Shown here in pieces: positions 8,280-16,935 of a stretch of 32,000 bases of DNA (its first letter is position 1; the number at the start of each line of letters is the position of its first letter). Source of the DNA: Candidatus Lokiarchaeum ossiferum (GTDB lineage Archaea > Asgardarchaeota > Lokiarchaeia > Sigyniarchaeales > Promethearchaeaceae). The notes beneath the pieces were generated by a model, which was given only the letters and a program-made list of their open reading frames with translations, was not told where the DNA came from and did not search any database. The DNA lies in assembly GCA_025839675.1 (NCBI GenBank), contig CP104013.1, forward strand, positions 2,580,001-2,612,000, in the 5' to 3' direction. The position numbers and the translations under genes are program-made.

Positions 8280-9209
8280 TTATGCTTGATACGTTTGCAT
8301 CATTAATGATTTTCTAAAAACAGTATAAATCGTTGATCTATAGATAGTATTTTTAAATCCCACAGGCATTAGCTGTTTGATGGGGCCAATAATTTTCTCA
8401 TTGATGGTTTGCTGGGAAAATTTCCCTTCCTTATCGATATTAGGATCAAATTTGTGAAGAAATATATCCATTTCAAAGGTTTGTGAAAATTGGTCCAAAC
8501 TTCCAATGATCTCGCTCAAATAAGAAATAGATTCAGCATATCGTTTATCATTTTGGACATCGATGACATAGATTATTTTATCAAAGCCTCTGATAACAGA
8601 AATAGGATCTTTTTTAAATTCTTCACGAAAGACTACTTGACCGCCATATTCAAAGTATATTGAATCAGGTTGGATTTTTGTCTCCAAATTCATATCAGAG
8701 AGAATTTCGGACATATGTTTCTTCCCATTTGTTGCTTTGAGATTTTGGTTCATATAAGCCATCAAATTTTTGTTTCCTAAGAAGCTAAGGAGAATTGAAG
8801 TTTTTCCACTACTATCAAGTCCCATGAGTAGTACTTTTTTTCCTTTCATGCCTTTTTTTGCAGAAACAACATCAGATGTAGAAAGATAAGAACTTACGGA
8901 CTCTAACATATCAAAAATCTGTCGATCTCGGATTTTATAAAATTTTTGCGTACCTTCTTTTCGATATGTTACCAAGTTGGAGTTAGATAAACTTTTTAAT
9001 TGCTGCGATGTAGTGGAATGGCTTTTTCCAGTAATTTTTTCAATATCACTGACAGTCAGCGGACCAGATCGAAGAGATTGAAGAATTGCCATTCTAGTAT
9101 CATCGGCAATTGCCTTCAAGACATTCATATATGTGAATTTATTTTCCATTTTAGTACTCTCAACGGGTAATTTTTCTTTCTTATATATGTTTAAAAGAAG
9201 CTCAAACAT
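8280..9209 (-). CDS. ArsR-family winged-HTH fused to a Rag/Gtr1-like small GTPase domain
   Basis: 309-aa ORF with ATG at 9209 (alternative ATG at 9149). The wHTH is ADDTRMAILQSLRSGPLTVSDIEKITGKSHSTTSQQLKSLSNSNLV. GTPase motifs: G1 GLDSSGKT (nt 8799-8822), G3-like FEYGGQ, and G4 in the Rag-type HKxD form (FLHKFD). KKVLLMG, IIYVIDVQN and YRSTIY resemble RagA as I recall it. Confidence 0.75.
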   Translation of the reverse strand: MFELLLNIYKKEKLPVESTKMENKFTYMNVLKAIADDTRMAILQSLRSGPLTVSDIEKITGKSHSTTSQQLKSLSNSNLVTYRKEGTQKFYKIRDRQIFDMLESVSSYLSTSDVVSAKKGMKGKKVLLMGLDSSGKTSILLSFLGNKNLMAYMNQNLKATNGKKHMSEILSDMNLETKIQPDSIYFEYGGQVVFREEFKKDPISVIRGFDKIIYVIDVQNDKRYAESISYLSEIIGSLDQFSQTFEMDIFLHKFDPNIDKEGKFSQQTINEKIIGPIKQLMPVGFKNTIYRSTIYTVFRKSLMMQTYQA

Positions 9210-9406
9210 TTAAACACTTTGACATTTAGGTATTGATCCAGTTAAAATCACAAAAAAACTAATTTAATTTGATGATCTAAAAGTCACTTAGTTTGAATGT
9301 CCAAATATCCAAACATTTAAATATATATAATTATTAAATAATATTATCCCGAAATTGTTATCACATCAATTCTTCAAAAATGGAAGAAAGGAAAGGGTAA
9401 AAAAAA
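9210..9406. promoter_or_regulatory. Divergent promoter/operator region between the wHTH-GTPase gene and the ABC operon
   Basis: 197-bp AT-rich spacer between divergent starts. TATA-like TTTAAATATATATAA at 9316-9330. Purine-rich RBS (GGAAAGGG) a few nt before ATG 9407. No transcription start data. Confidence 0.4.
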
Positions 9407-10204
9407 ATGACTGAAAATCAAAATAAAACCGTTGCAAGTGAAAACGCATATGCAATAGAAGTTGAAAACTTAAAAAAGCACTTCACTAGTAAATCCGAAG
9501 CTAACATTGTGAAAGCTGTTGACGATATATCCTTCAAAGTTAAGGAAGGCGAATTCTTTGGACTTTTAGGGCCAAATGGCGCTGGGAAAACCACCACCAT
9601 AAAAATGTTGACAGGTCTTAGCACCCCATCTGAAGGAACCGCACGCATTGGAGGATATGATCTTAAATCACAAATGATGAAGATTAAAGAATCTATTAGT
9701 GTATGCCCTCAGGAACCAGCCTTGTTTAAATTTCTCTCGGGAATTGAGAACATTGAATTTTTTGCAAATCTACACTTGATGTCAAAAACCGAAATCAAAG
9801 CTCAAGCAGAGAAATTCTTAAATCTCTTGGGACTATACGATGTCCGTAAAAGAAAAGTAAAAGGTTATAGTGGTGGAATGTTGCGACAGCTTAGTTTAAT
9901 TGTATCATTGATCCATGATCCAGAAACAATATTTTTAGATGAACCAACTGTAGGTATGGATCCACGTGCTCGACGTAAAGTGTGGGATTTTCTTGGAACT
10001 ATCAAAAAACAAAAGAAAACAATCATCTTAACCACCCATTATATAGAGGAAGCCGAAGCCCTTTGTGATAGAGTGGCAATCATTGATTATGGAAAGTTAG
10101 TTGCCTTAGGAGCACCCCAAGATCTTATTGCCCAATATGAAGTTAAAAATTTAGAAGAAGTCTTTATGAAAATAACTGGCAGAAGCATTTTGGAGGGGTT
10201 ATAA
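9407..10204 (+). CDS. ABC transporter ATP-binding protein (ABC-2 / DrrA-type exporter ATPase)
   Basis: Walker A GPNGAGKTT, Q-loop region, signature YSGGMLRQLS, Walker B IFLDEPTVGMD, H-loop TTHY. 265 aa. Confidence 0.95.
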   Translation: MTENQNKTVASENAYAIEVENLKKHFTSKSEANIVKAVDDISFKVKEGEFFGLLGPNGAGKTTTIKMLTGLSTPSEGTARIGGYDLKSQMMKIKESISVCPQEPALFKFLSGIENIEFFANLHLMSKTEIKAQAEKFLNLLGLYDVRKRKVKGYSGGMLRQLSLIVSLIHDPETIFLDEPTVGMDPRARRKVWDFLGTIKKQKKTIILTTHYIEEAEALCDRVAIIDYGKLVALGAPQDLIAQYEVKNLEEVFMKITGRSILEGL

Positions 10205-10206
10205 AA

Positions 10207-10962
10207 ATGGAATTTCAAAGAATACGAGCCATTGTTAAAATGGAAATTAAACGTCAGCTACGAGATCCCCTAACTCTATTCATAACCACCCTAATGGTAC
10301 CAGCACTGATCGTAGTAATGGGTTTATCGTTAGATTCCGTGTATTCATGGTCTCCAGACTATAGTGTATTTGAAATAATGTTTCCTGGATTTCTGGCTTA
10401 TGGATGTTTGCTGACAATTTTTGATGTTGCAGGATCCGTGGCAACGGAAAAGGAATTAGGAGTTCAAATTCGGCTGATAACTAGTCCTCTGTCATCTTCT
10501 GAATATATATTTGCTCAATTAATCGCTTATACAATTAAACCTTTGGTTCAAGCAATTATAGGAATTCCACTTGGATATTTAGTTGGATACCGCCCTGATA
10601 TTTCCGTAATGGGATACATCTTAATAGTAGTATTTCTGATAATTCTAACCTTTTGCTCAGTCGGATTTGGACTTATTACAGCAAGTTTAGTAAAGAATGC
10701 CGGAGCAGCACAAGGTTTAGCTTTCGCATTCATAGTCCCCCAACAAATCTTTGGATCTTTTATCCCAGCCGCTTTCTTCGGATTAGAAAAATTTGCATGG
10801 GTCCTTCCCAGTTTTTATGCGACAGATGGAATTGGACTCATCTTTGCAGGAACAAATCTCTTAGATTCCCAAATTTGGCTTCGAATGTTATTGCTTTGCA
10901 CCATAAGTTTAGTAATTTATGTAATCGGAACTTTTCTTTTTGAGAAAAATAAAAAATCATAA
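10207..10962 (+). CDS. ABC-2 type transporter permease
   Basis: Starts 2 nt after the ATPase stop, with a GGAGGGG RBS upstream. 251 aa, six hydrophobic helices, typical ABC-2 length and layout. Paralogous to the C-terminal half of the next ORF. Confidence 0.85.
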   Translation: MEFQRIRAIVKMEIKRQLRDPLTLFITTLMVPALIVVMGLSLDSVYSWSPDYSVFEIMFPGFLAYGCLLTIFDVAGSVATEKELGVQIRLITSPLSSSEYIFAQLIAYTIKPLVQAIIGIPLGYLVGYRPDISVMGYILIVVFLIILTFCSVGFGLITASLVKNAGAAQGLAFAFIVPQQIFGSFIPAAFFGLEKFAWVLPSFYATDGIGLIFAGTNLLDSQIWLRMLLLCTISLVIYVIGTFLFEKNKKS

Positions 10963-10983
10963 AAATATTGGAGAGTAAAAACT

Positions 10984-12921
10984 ATGCAGAAAATAACACA
11001 CAAAAGCAAATTGAACTCAAATCGTGAAGTATGGGTAGATTATCTACGGATATTTGCCGTTTTTTTAGTTATTCCTTACCATATAATAATCTCCTATGTT
11101 GAGAGTGTGTTTGGTGAAGGGACACACTTCACAATTTGGAACGAATATTTCCCAAAAGGAGCTCACCAGATTTGGAATTTCTTCAATCCTTGGCATATGC
11201 AATTACTTTTTGTTCTGGCGGGTTTTAGTTTGGTCCTTTCATTAAAAAAACGTTCATTCAAGATTTTTACTCAAGAACGTCTTATCCGAATTGGAATCCC
11301 AATCATTTTTGGAATTATCTTGTTAAACGCCATAATGAGTTGGTTTAGCACCATGTTTTATTACAATTTACACCCAGAAGTTAATCCAATATACCCAAAC
11401 CTTCCAGATTTTTGGACATTTTTTGTCTATTGGTGGTGGATAGGAAAATCTTTCAATTCAGGTCATTTATGGTTCTTAGTTGTATTGCTTGTGTTAAGCC
11501 TCGGGATGGGATTGATCATTTCACTTATACAAAAAAAGAAAGCCGATTCCACTCACAATCAGAATAGGTCAACAAAATTTCTTAAATTTCTAACACATCC
11601 AGCCACAATGTTATTATGGGGTCTAATAGCAACACCTTTAAGCTATATTAAACCAGCCTACACAAATCCAACTCTATCTGCCATATTTGGAGTCTTTCAA
11701 TACAATCAAGTTCTATTCTTTCTTTTTGGGATCATTCTTGCATGTAATCGACAAAATATAGACAGAATCAATCAACATTGGAAATGGACACTACCTCTTG
11801 GATTCAGTATGTTAATCACTTGGATTATATTTCAAAAAGATTATCTTCTGGTCTTAAAAAATGTTGGAGCATGGTTCTTTGTATATGGACTGATTTGTTT
11901 AGCAAGTGTGAAACTCACAAAATCCTCAAAAACCCTCCAATATCTATCAAAAGCCAGTATGCCAGTTTACATTCTTCATTTACCTTTGGAAATTATTGTT
12001 GGCTACTTTATAATTCAACTTCCAATTTATCCGATATTGGAAATCTTTCTACTTGTGATCATCAATTTAATCTTATGTTTTCTTTTATATGATGGAATAC
12101 ATAGATTAAATCGAGTAATTCCAGGGATAGGGTTAGTAGTTGGTATTAAAGAGAAGAATATGATGCAAAAAATTCGCCGAATGTTAACAATTGTGAAATT
12201 AGAAATGAAAAGACTATTTCGGGAACCAATGACAGTTATCTTTACATTATTCCTTGTTCCAATTCTAATCATAATTCTTGGGCTAGCCATGGGTTCAAAT
12301 TACGGTTGGCATCCGGATTACTCAATATTTGATATAATGATGCCAGGATTATTAGCCTATAATGCATTACTTTCCACATATGATGTGGCCGCATCTGTTG
12401 CAAGCGAAAAAGAGTTAGGAATTCAAATAAGGATTAACACAACACCACTAACATCTGCAGAATATATTGGGAGTCATTTAATATCCTATTCCATTAAGCC
12501 AATTATTCAATTGTTGCTAAGTTTACTCACAGCCTATGCTGTTGGATATCGCCCCGTAGCTTCAGTGGTTGGTTATATCGTTGTAATTGCATTCATGATT
12601 TTTTTAACCTTATGTTCTGTCGGTTTTGGGCTGATTACAGCAAATTTCGCAAAAAGTTCCAGTTCCGCGGGAAGTTTAGCTTTTGCGTTTATCGTACCAC
12701 AGCAAATTTTCGCATCCATAATCCCTCCTGCGTTTTTGGGAATGGAAAAATTGGCCATGTTCATGCCAAGCTTTTATGCAACTGAAGGTATGGGTCTTCT
12801 TTTAGCAGGTGCATCTTTAACAACACCAGATATTTGGGCCAAAATGGGGATATTGGGGATTTTCACATTAGTATTTGTGATTATTGGAACAATTCTTTAT
12901 GAAAAAGGACGAAAGGAGTAG
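10984..12921 (+). CDS. Fusion protein: acyltransferase-3 (OafA/AT3) membrane domain plus a second ABC-2 permease domain
   Basis: Single 645-aa frame with no stop. The N-terminal ~390 aa carry the AT3 TM1 signature (REVWVDYLRIFAVFLVIPYHI: R, D, R, H) and about 10 TM helices. Residues 393-645 (from the ATG pair at 12160) align along their full length with the 10207-10962 permease (e.g. GFGLITA, LAFAFIVPQQIF, PSFYAT). Confidence 0.8.
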   Translation: MQKITHKSKLNSNREVWVDYLRIFAVFLVIPYHIIISYVESVFGEGTHFTIWNEYFPKGAHQIWNFFNPWHMQLLFVLAGFSLVLSLKKRSFKIFTQERLIRIGIPIIFGIILLNAIMSWFSTMFYYNLHPEVNPIYPNLPDFWTFFVYWWWIGKSFNSGHLWFLVVLLVLSLGMGLIISLIQKKKADSTHNQNRSTKFLKFLTHPATMLLWGLIATPLSYIKPAYTNPTLSAIFGVFQYNQVLFFLFGIILACNRQNIDRINQHWKWTLPLGFSMLITWIIFQKDYLLVLKNVGAWFFVYGLICLASVKLTKSSKTLQYLSKASMPVYILHLPLEIIVGYFIIQLPIYPILEIFLLVIINLILCFLLYDGIHRLNRVIPGIGLVVGIKEKNMMQKIRRMLTIVKLEMKRLFREPMTVIFTLFLVPILIIILGLAMGSNYGWHPDYSIFDIMMPGLLAYNALLSTYDVAASVASEKELGIQIRINTTPLTSAEYIGSHLISYSIKPIIQLLLSLLTAYAVGYRPVASVVGYIVVIAFMIFLTLCSVGFGLITANFAKSSSSAGSLAFAFIVPQQIFASIIPPAFLGMEKLAMFMPSFYATEGMGLLLAGASLTTPDIWAKMGILGIFTLVFVIIGTILYEKGRKE

Positions 12922-12939
12922 ATTCATTTTAACCTTCAA

Positions 12940-12960
12940 TTTTTTTTTTTTGATTTTTTT
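12940..12960 (+). terminator. Oligo-T terminator after the ABC/acyltransferase operon
   Basis: T12 (12940-12951), then GA, then T7 (12954-12960). It begins 19 nt after the TAG at 12919-12921. This is the archaeal-type intrinsic termination signal. Confidence 0.6.
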
Positions 12961-12993
12961 CCTAGGTAAAAGGATTGCTACACATTAATTTTT

Positions 12994-13515
12994 TTAGCAT
13001 TCTACAAGATTTGATGGAACATCATAATAAGTCTGGCAAAAATAATAAATTTTCACTGCTTCTTCTTTAACTTTCCATTTAAAATCAGTAATAAAATTTC
13101 TAAAATCAATATCATCCATAGATCCTTCTTGAGATTCTACGAAAACATTCAAGAACCATTTATTTCTACTGGTCTCATCCCCATCATATATTTTTTTACT
13201 AATCTGAACTGTAATATTTCGTATCTGTTCAATATTTAGTATCTTACTTCGCTTTGAATGAATTCGTGATATCAATCGAATTTCATTTTGCTTGAAGATT
13301 ATTTTTCTATAAGGGGTTCTAATGATATTAAAAACCATATAAACACCAAAAAGAACGAGAAAAAGATATAAAAAATCAATGGTTCCACCAGTATTCGTAA
13401 TAAGTATAGTGATTAGTAAAAAAGGCAGGCTTTTTATCACAGTATAAAAAAATTTTTTTTTATATACCATTACTGGCTCATTGTTAAGAGCCAGTTCTTC
13501 AACATTATATACCAT
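12994..13515 (-). CDS. Membrane protein with two N-terminal TM helices and a possible bacterial-PH-like (YdbS-type) domain
   Basis: 173-aa ORF with an ATG start. TM hairpin (LPFLLITILITNTGG / FLYLFLVLFGVYMVFNII) followed by a beta-rich soluble part (IIFKQNEIRLISRIHSKRSKILNIEQIRNITVQ). The domain call is tentative. Confidence 0.5.
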   Translation of the reverse strand: MVYNVEELALNNEPVMVYKKKFFYTVIKSLPFLLITILITNTGGTIDFLYLFLVLFGVYMVFNIIRTPYRKIIFKQNEIRLISRIHSKRSKILNIEQIRNITVQISKKIYDGDETSRNKWFLNVFVESQEGSMDDIDFRNFITDFKWKVKEEAVKIYYFCQTYYDVPSNLVEC

Positions 13516-13634
13516 AAGTTTTTCTCAGCAACATGTTAACATTGTTTTTGGACCTAAAGAACAAGTTCCATAATGAACATTGTGACCCATATGGAAAAAT
13601 TTATAGGAATAAAATCGAATAAGAGGACATTCAA

Positions 13635-14309
13635 ATGAGTTTTGCACAATACGAGAACGCGGCCCCTCATACACTCCAAGCATTGGAAAATATGCGGAAT
13701 TGGGAAATGTTGGAATGGTATGCAATACCAATGCTCGGAATAATGTTTTACATCTATGCGAAAGAAATTCAAAAAGCAAGAACAACCAAAAATTGGGATC
13801 CTCTCTTTTGTGCGGTCACGGTGATGGGGGTCGTGTTCTTCAATGAAACTTGGAATAGTTGGGTTGCATGGTTTACAGGAAAATCAGCTATTTGGACAAC
13901 ACCAGGGGATACGGCATTTTTAATCATGTTTGGAATCAATTTTGAAATTTTGTGCCTCTTTCTAATAAATGGATTTACCTACGCAAATCTCATCGATCCA
14001 GATGAAAAAAAGAAATTTTTAGGAATTCCAAATTGGTGGTTTTATGGAATCTTAGTATCTGGTTTTTCAGTTTTGGTTGAACATATGCTCAACAGTGCAA
14101 ATCTACTAGTCTGGTATTTTTCCTTTTGGGATCGGGATTTTTGGGGATTTTGGATAATTTTATGGATTGGATACTTTCTATTCTACTTAGCCTGTATCCT
14201 CGTTCTACGACTAAAATCTACTAAAAAAAGGTTAATTGCGGTGGGATCAATATATGCAGTACCAATCATAATGAATATCATTGCTGCTATTCTGGGGATG
14301 GTATATTAG
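13635..14309 (+). CDS. Trp-rich polytopic membrane protein, unknown function
   Basis: 224-aa ORF with ATG preceded by a GAGGA RBS. About 6 hydrophobic helices. No recognisable motif. Confidence 0.6.
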   Translation: MSFAQYENAAPHTLQALENMRNWEMLEWYAIPMLGIMFYIYAKEIQKARTTKNWDPLFCAVTVMGVVFFNETWNSWVAWFTGKSAIWTTPGDTAFLIMFGINFEILCLFLINGFTYANLIDPDEKKKFLGIPNWWFYGILVSGFSVLVEHMLNSANLLVWYFSFWDRDFWGFWIILWIGYFLFYLACILVLRLKSTKKRLIAVGSIYAVPIIMNIIAAILGMVY

Positions 14310-14344
14310 TAAAAGTGATCATAAATACTCTAATGAAAAAAATA

Positions 14345-14995
14345 TTAATTTTGATTGAGATTTTTGATAAAACCAAGCAATTTTTGAATTCTTTCATCCT
14401 CAAGATCCACACCCAGATACTGAATCCAATCTTTAACTTCCCGATAATTAGTGGGATCAATTTGAAAACCTAAGAAATCATTTTTCCGCATATAGAAAAA
14501 CAAAAATCCATCCTCAATTTCTTCAATGGAAAAAGCAACCCCAAATAATTTCACTATGTTCCCAGCAAATTGATAACTTTCCCTCATTGGTTTTTTAAGA
14601 TTCGTCCGGTATTTTAAAACGAGATAATTTTTACCTAAAGTAGAATCATATTGGGATTTTTTTGCATTCATAGCTTCAATGAAAATAGTATTTGGCAAAC
14701 TCTTCGAAGAATTTAACTCTTCAGCTAACTGATTAAACAAATCATGTCCCATTTTATAACATTCAAGAAAACGAGATTCTGATGGGTATATTAATTCAAA
14801 CAACAAACCACAATCTTCTGTTTCGATCCATCTAGCGGGAACCTTATGAGTTCGTTCAAATCGTTTTTTGATCAAAGAAAGGATATGTTTATGTGACCAC
14901 TCCTTTTCAAGAGTTGAAATAACGGAGATCTGAAGAAAGGGTTTCATTTCGAAGACATTATTGTAATAGTTTTTATAAAATATGAAGTTATTCAA
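14345..14995 (-). CDS. Hypothetical cytoplasmic protein
   Basis: The ORF is open from TTG at 14995. A more conventional ATG lies at 14947 (MKPFLQISV.., 200 aa). No motif recognised. Confidence 0.5.
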   Translation of the reverse strand: MNNFIFYKNYYNNVFEMKPFLQISVISTLEKEWSHKHILSLIKKRFERTHKVPARWIETEDCGLLFELIYPSESRFLECYKMGHDLFNQLAEELNSSKSLPNTIFIEAMNAKKSQYDSTLGKNYLVLKYRTNLKKPMRESYQFAGNIVKLFGVAFSIEEIEDGFLFFYMRKNDFLGFQIDPTNYREVKDWIQYLGVDLEDERIQKLLGFIKNLNQN

Positions 14996-15071
14996 ATACC
15001 AGAAAAATATTGAAATTTCACAAATATTTTAGAGTACTAAGAATATTTCTATCAAATATTGAGGATTAAAA

Positions 15072-16304
15072 ATGGATACTGAATACGATCAAACTGCAAC
15101 TCTCGAAGAATTACAAGTGGAATCATCGCAAAGGAAGAGATATTTTCAAGTGGATGCCATGAAGGCAATCATGATTGGATTGGTAATTATGGATCATACC
15201 TTTACTCACAGTTTTTTACATCAATTTGGATCTCCTTTTTGGGAACGAATTTCAATCCCAATATTGATGATCATTATGGGTTTTAATTTGGGAAACTCAT
15301 CGAAGGGAATAAATCACATGAAATTAAAAGATTATTATACCCGATCTTATTTTGAGAAGAAATTGAAGCGATATTTCATCCCCTACCTCATTCTTTACTT
15401 CATTCACGGTATAATGAGGTTAATTGTAACATTAGGGGAGATTCAAATAAATTCCCCTGCAACATATGATTCAGCGGTCTTTCGGTACCTAGGATTCACG
15501 CTCTTTTACGGTCCAGGCTTGTGGTTCATCCCGGTTCTCTTTGGAACAATACTAGTGTTTCCAATCTTACATTTCTACTTTAAAAAAATGCCATCAACAA
15601 CTTTTTTTGCAACTTTTTGTATAGAATTTTTGACCCAATTTATTGTATTAATGATCCTTAGTACCAATCAAGGTAATATTCTAGGAGTATTTTACTTTCT
15701 TTACAGTGTTTTCTGTTTGTTCAGTGCTATTGGAATGGGATTATGGCTTTCAATTGATCATAATATGTCATCCAAACATAACGTAGTAATTTGGATCCTT
15801 TTTCCAATCAGTTTAGGATACATGATTATCGCTATGATATTCCCAGGGCTTTTATTTTTCCCAATTGGTGATTATCAAATGTTTTATTTCCCCTATTCTG
15901 CAGTAATATTTATGTGTTGCATGAAACTTATCCCCGAAAATCCCAAAGGTACAGTTAGTGAGTTTATTAGGAAAGTGAGTAAATCCACATATCATATTTT
16001 ATTAGCCCAGATATTTTATTTCTCAATTGTTTTTCAATTCTTTTTGATAATGACCGATGGAGATGCTTCCACCCTTGATATTTTTGATGCAGCACCTTTG
16101 AACTATTTATGGTTCTTTCCACTAAATTTGGTTATTACATTTGGAATTGGATTATTTTGGAACCATCTTGAAGAGAAGTTTTATAAAAAGATGCCTGAAA
16201 AGAGAGGATATCAAAAAATATATGCTTTTATGCTAACATTGGCCGTGATCGCATTTGCAGCATGGATAATTGGACAAATTTTATTTTTCTTTGTGGTATT
16301 TTAA
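15072..16304 (+). CDS. Acyltransferase-3 family integral membrane protein
   Basis: 410-aa ORF with a GAGGA RBS. The AT3 TM1 signature is RKRYFQVDAMKAIMIGLVIMDHTF (R, D, H), followed by about 10 TM helices. Confidence 0.7.
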   Translation: MDTEYDQTATLEELQVESSQRKRYFQVDAMKAIMIGLVIMDHTFTHSFLHQFGSPFWERISIPILMIIMGFNLGNSSKGINHMKLKDYYTRSYFEKKLKRYFIPYLILYFIHGIMRLIVTLGEIQINSPATYDSAVFRYLGFTLFYGPGLWFIPVLFGTILVFPILHFYFKKMPSTTFFATFCIEFLTQFIVLMILSTNQGNILGVFYFLYSVFCLFSAIGMGLWLSIDHNMSSKHNVVIWILFPISLGYMIIAMIFPGLLFFPIGDYQMFYFPYSAVIFMCCMKLIPENPKGTVSEFIRKVSKSTYHILLAQIFYFSIVFQFFLIMTDGDASTLDIFDAAPLNYLWFFPLNLVITFGIGLFWNHLEEKFYKKMPEKRGYQKIYAFMLTLAVIAFAAWIIGQILFFFVVF

Positions 16305-16337
16305 AGAAAAAATAGTTTACTAAATAAGCTTCTAAAG

Positions 16338-16360
16338 TTTTTTTTTGTTTTTTTTTTTTT
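16338..16360 (+). terminator. Oligo-T terminator
   Basis: T9 (16338-16346), G, then T13 (16348-16360), about 35 nt after the TAA at 16302-16304. Confidence 0.6.
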
Positions 16361-16457
16361 GATTTCCAACATTAATTTATTCTTGATTTGGTTGGATCCA
16401 AGGTAGAATGTAACTTAAGCGGATAACATTATAAATATAAGGTGAAGGTGAAAAAAA

Positions 16458-16769
16458 CTAAAACCGGATAATTTCTCCCAAAAGGAACATCACAACCACG
16501 GTGATGACAGTTAAAGCCATCAATCCATATACTATTTGAGTTCGTTTTTGATCATCAAGATCGACTTTGTTGCTTTTAGCTTCGGTACTATTTATTAGGA
16601 GAAAAATAGCACTAACAATCAACAATGAACCCCCAACGATGGTAAAAATGGATCCTGCCATAGGATCATAATTTGCCCGAAAAATAAAAACTGCAGGAAA
16701 ACATGCACATGCACCTCCCATGCAGTAAAGCATCAAAATACCACTCAATCGATTTAAGTTTAACTTCAT
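16458..16769 (-). CDS. Small membrane protein (103 aa, 3 TM)
   Basis: ATG start preceded by a GAGGT RBS (reverse complement of 16776-16780). Three hydrophobic helices. No motif. Confidence 0.55.
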   Translation of the reverse strand: MKLNLNRLSGILMLYCMGGACACFPAVFIFRANYDPMAGSIFTIVGGSLLIVSAIFLLINSTEAKSNKVDLDDQKRTQIVYGLMALTVITVVVMFLLGEIIRF

Positions 16770-16935
16770 TTATATACCTCAATACAATTCTGTCAAAGTA
16801 GTATTTAAATTAGTATGCTCCACATGGATTAAAGCATTTTTTGCTAAATTCGATTGGGTATTGATGCGGTAGATTGTTCATAAAATTTATATATTATTGA
16901 AATATTATATCAATTACAAATTTGAAATCTTCAAG

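Noticed and set aside
9418-12764. Short nested ORFs across the ABC operon (9418-9648, 10548-10733, 10653-10943, 11778-12092, 12027-12290, 12573-12764)
   Set aside because: All are nested in genes with strong ABC, permease or AT3 signatures. They are antisense or alternate-frame shadows.
12160-12921. Annotating the second ABC-2 permease as a separate gene starting at the internal ATG pair
   Set aside because: There is no stop codon between the AT3 domain and the permease domain, and only a weak purine-rich stretch (GAGAAG) lies upstream of the ATG. The continuous frame is the simpler reading. Internal initiation remains possible and is flagged in the finding.
13525-13785. 86-aa and 72-aa minus-strand ORFs overlapping the start of the 13635-14309 gene
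   Set aside because: They overlap the RBS-supported plus-strand membrane protein gene. Their translations are Cys/His/Phe-rich with no structure, so they are considered spurious.
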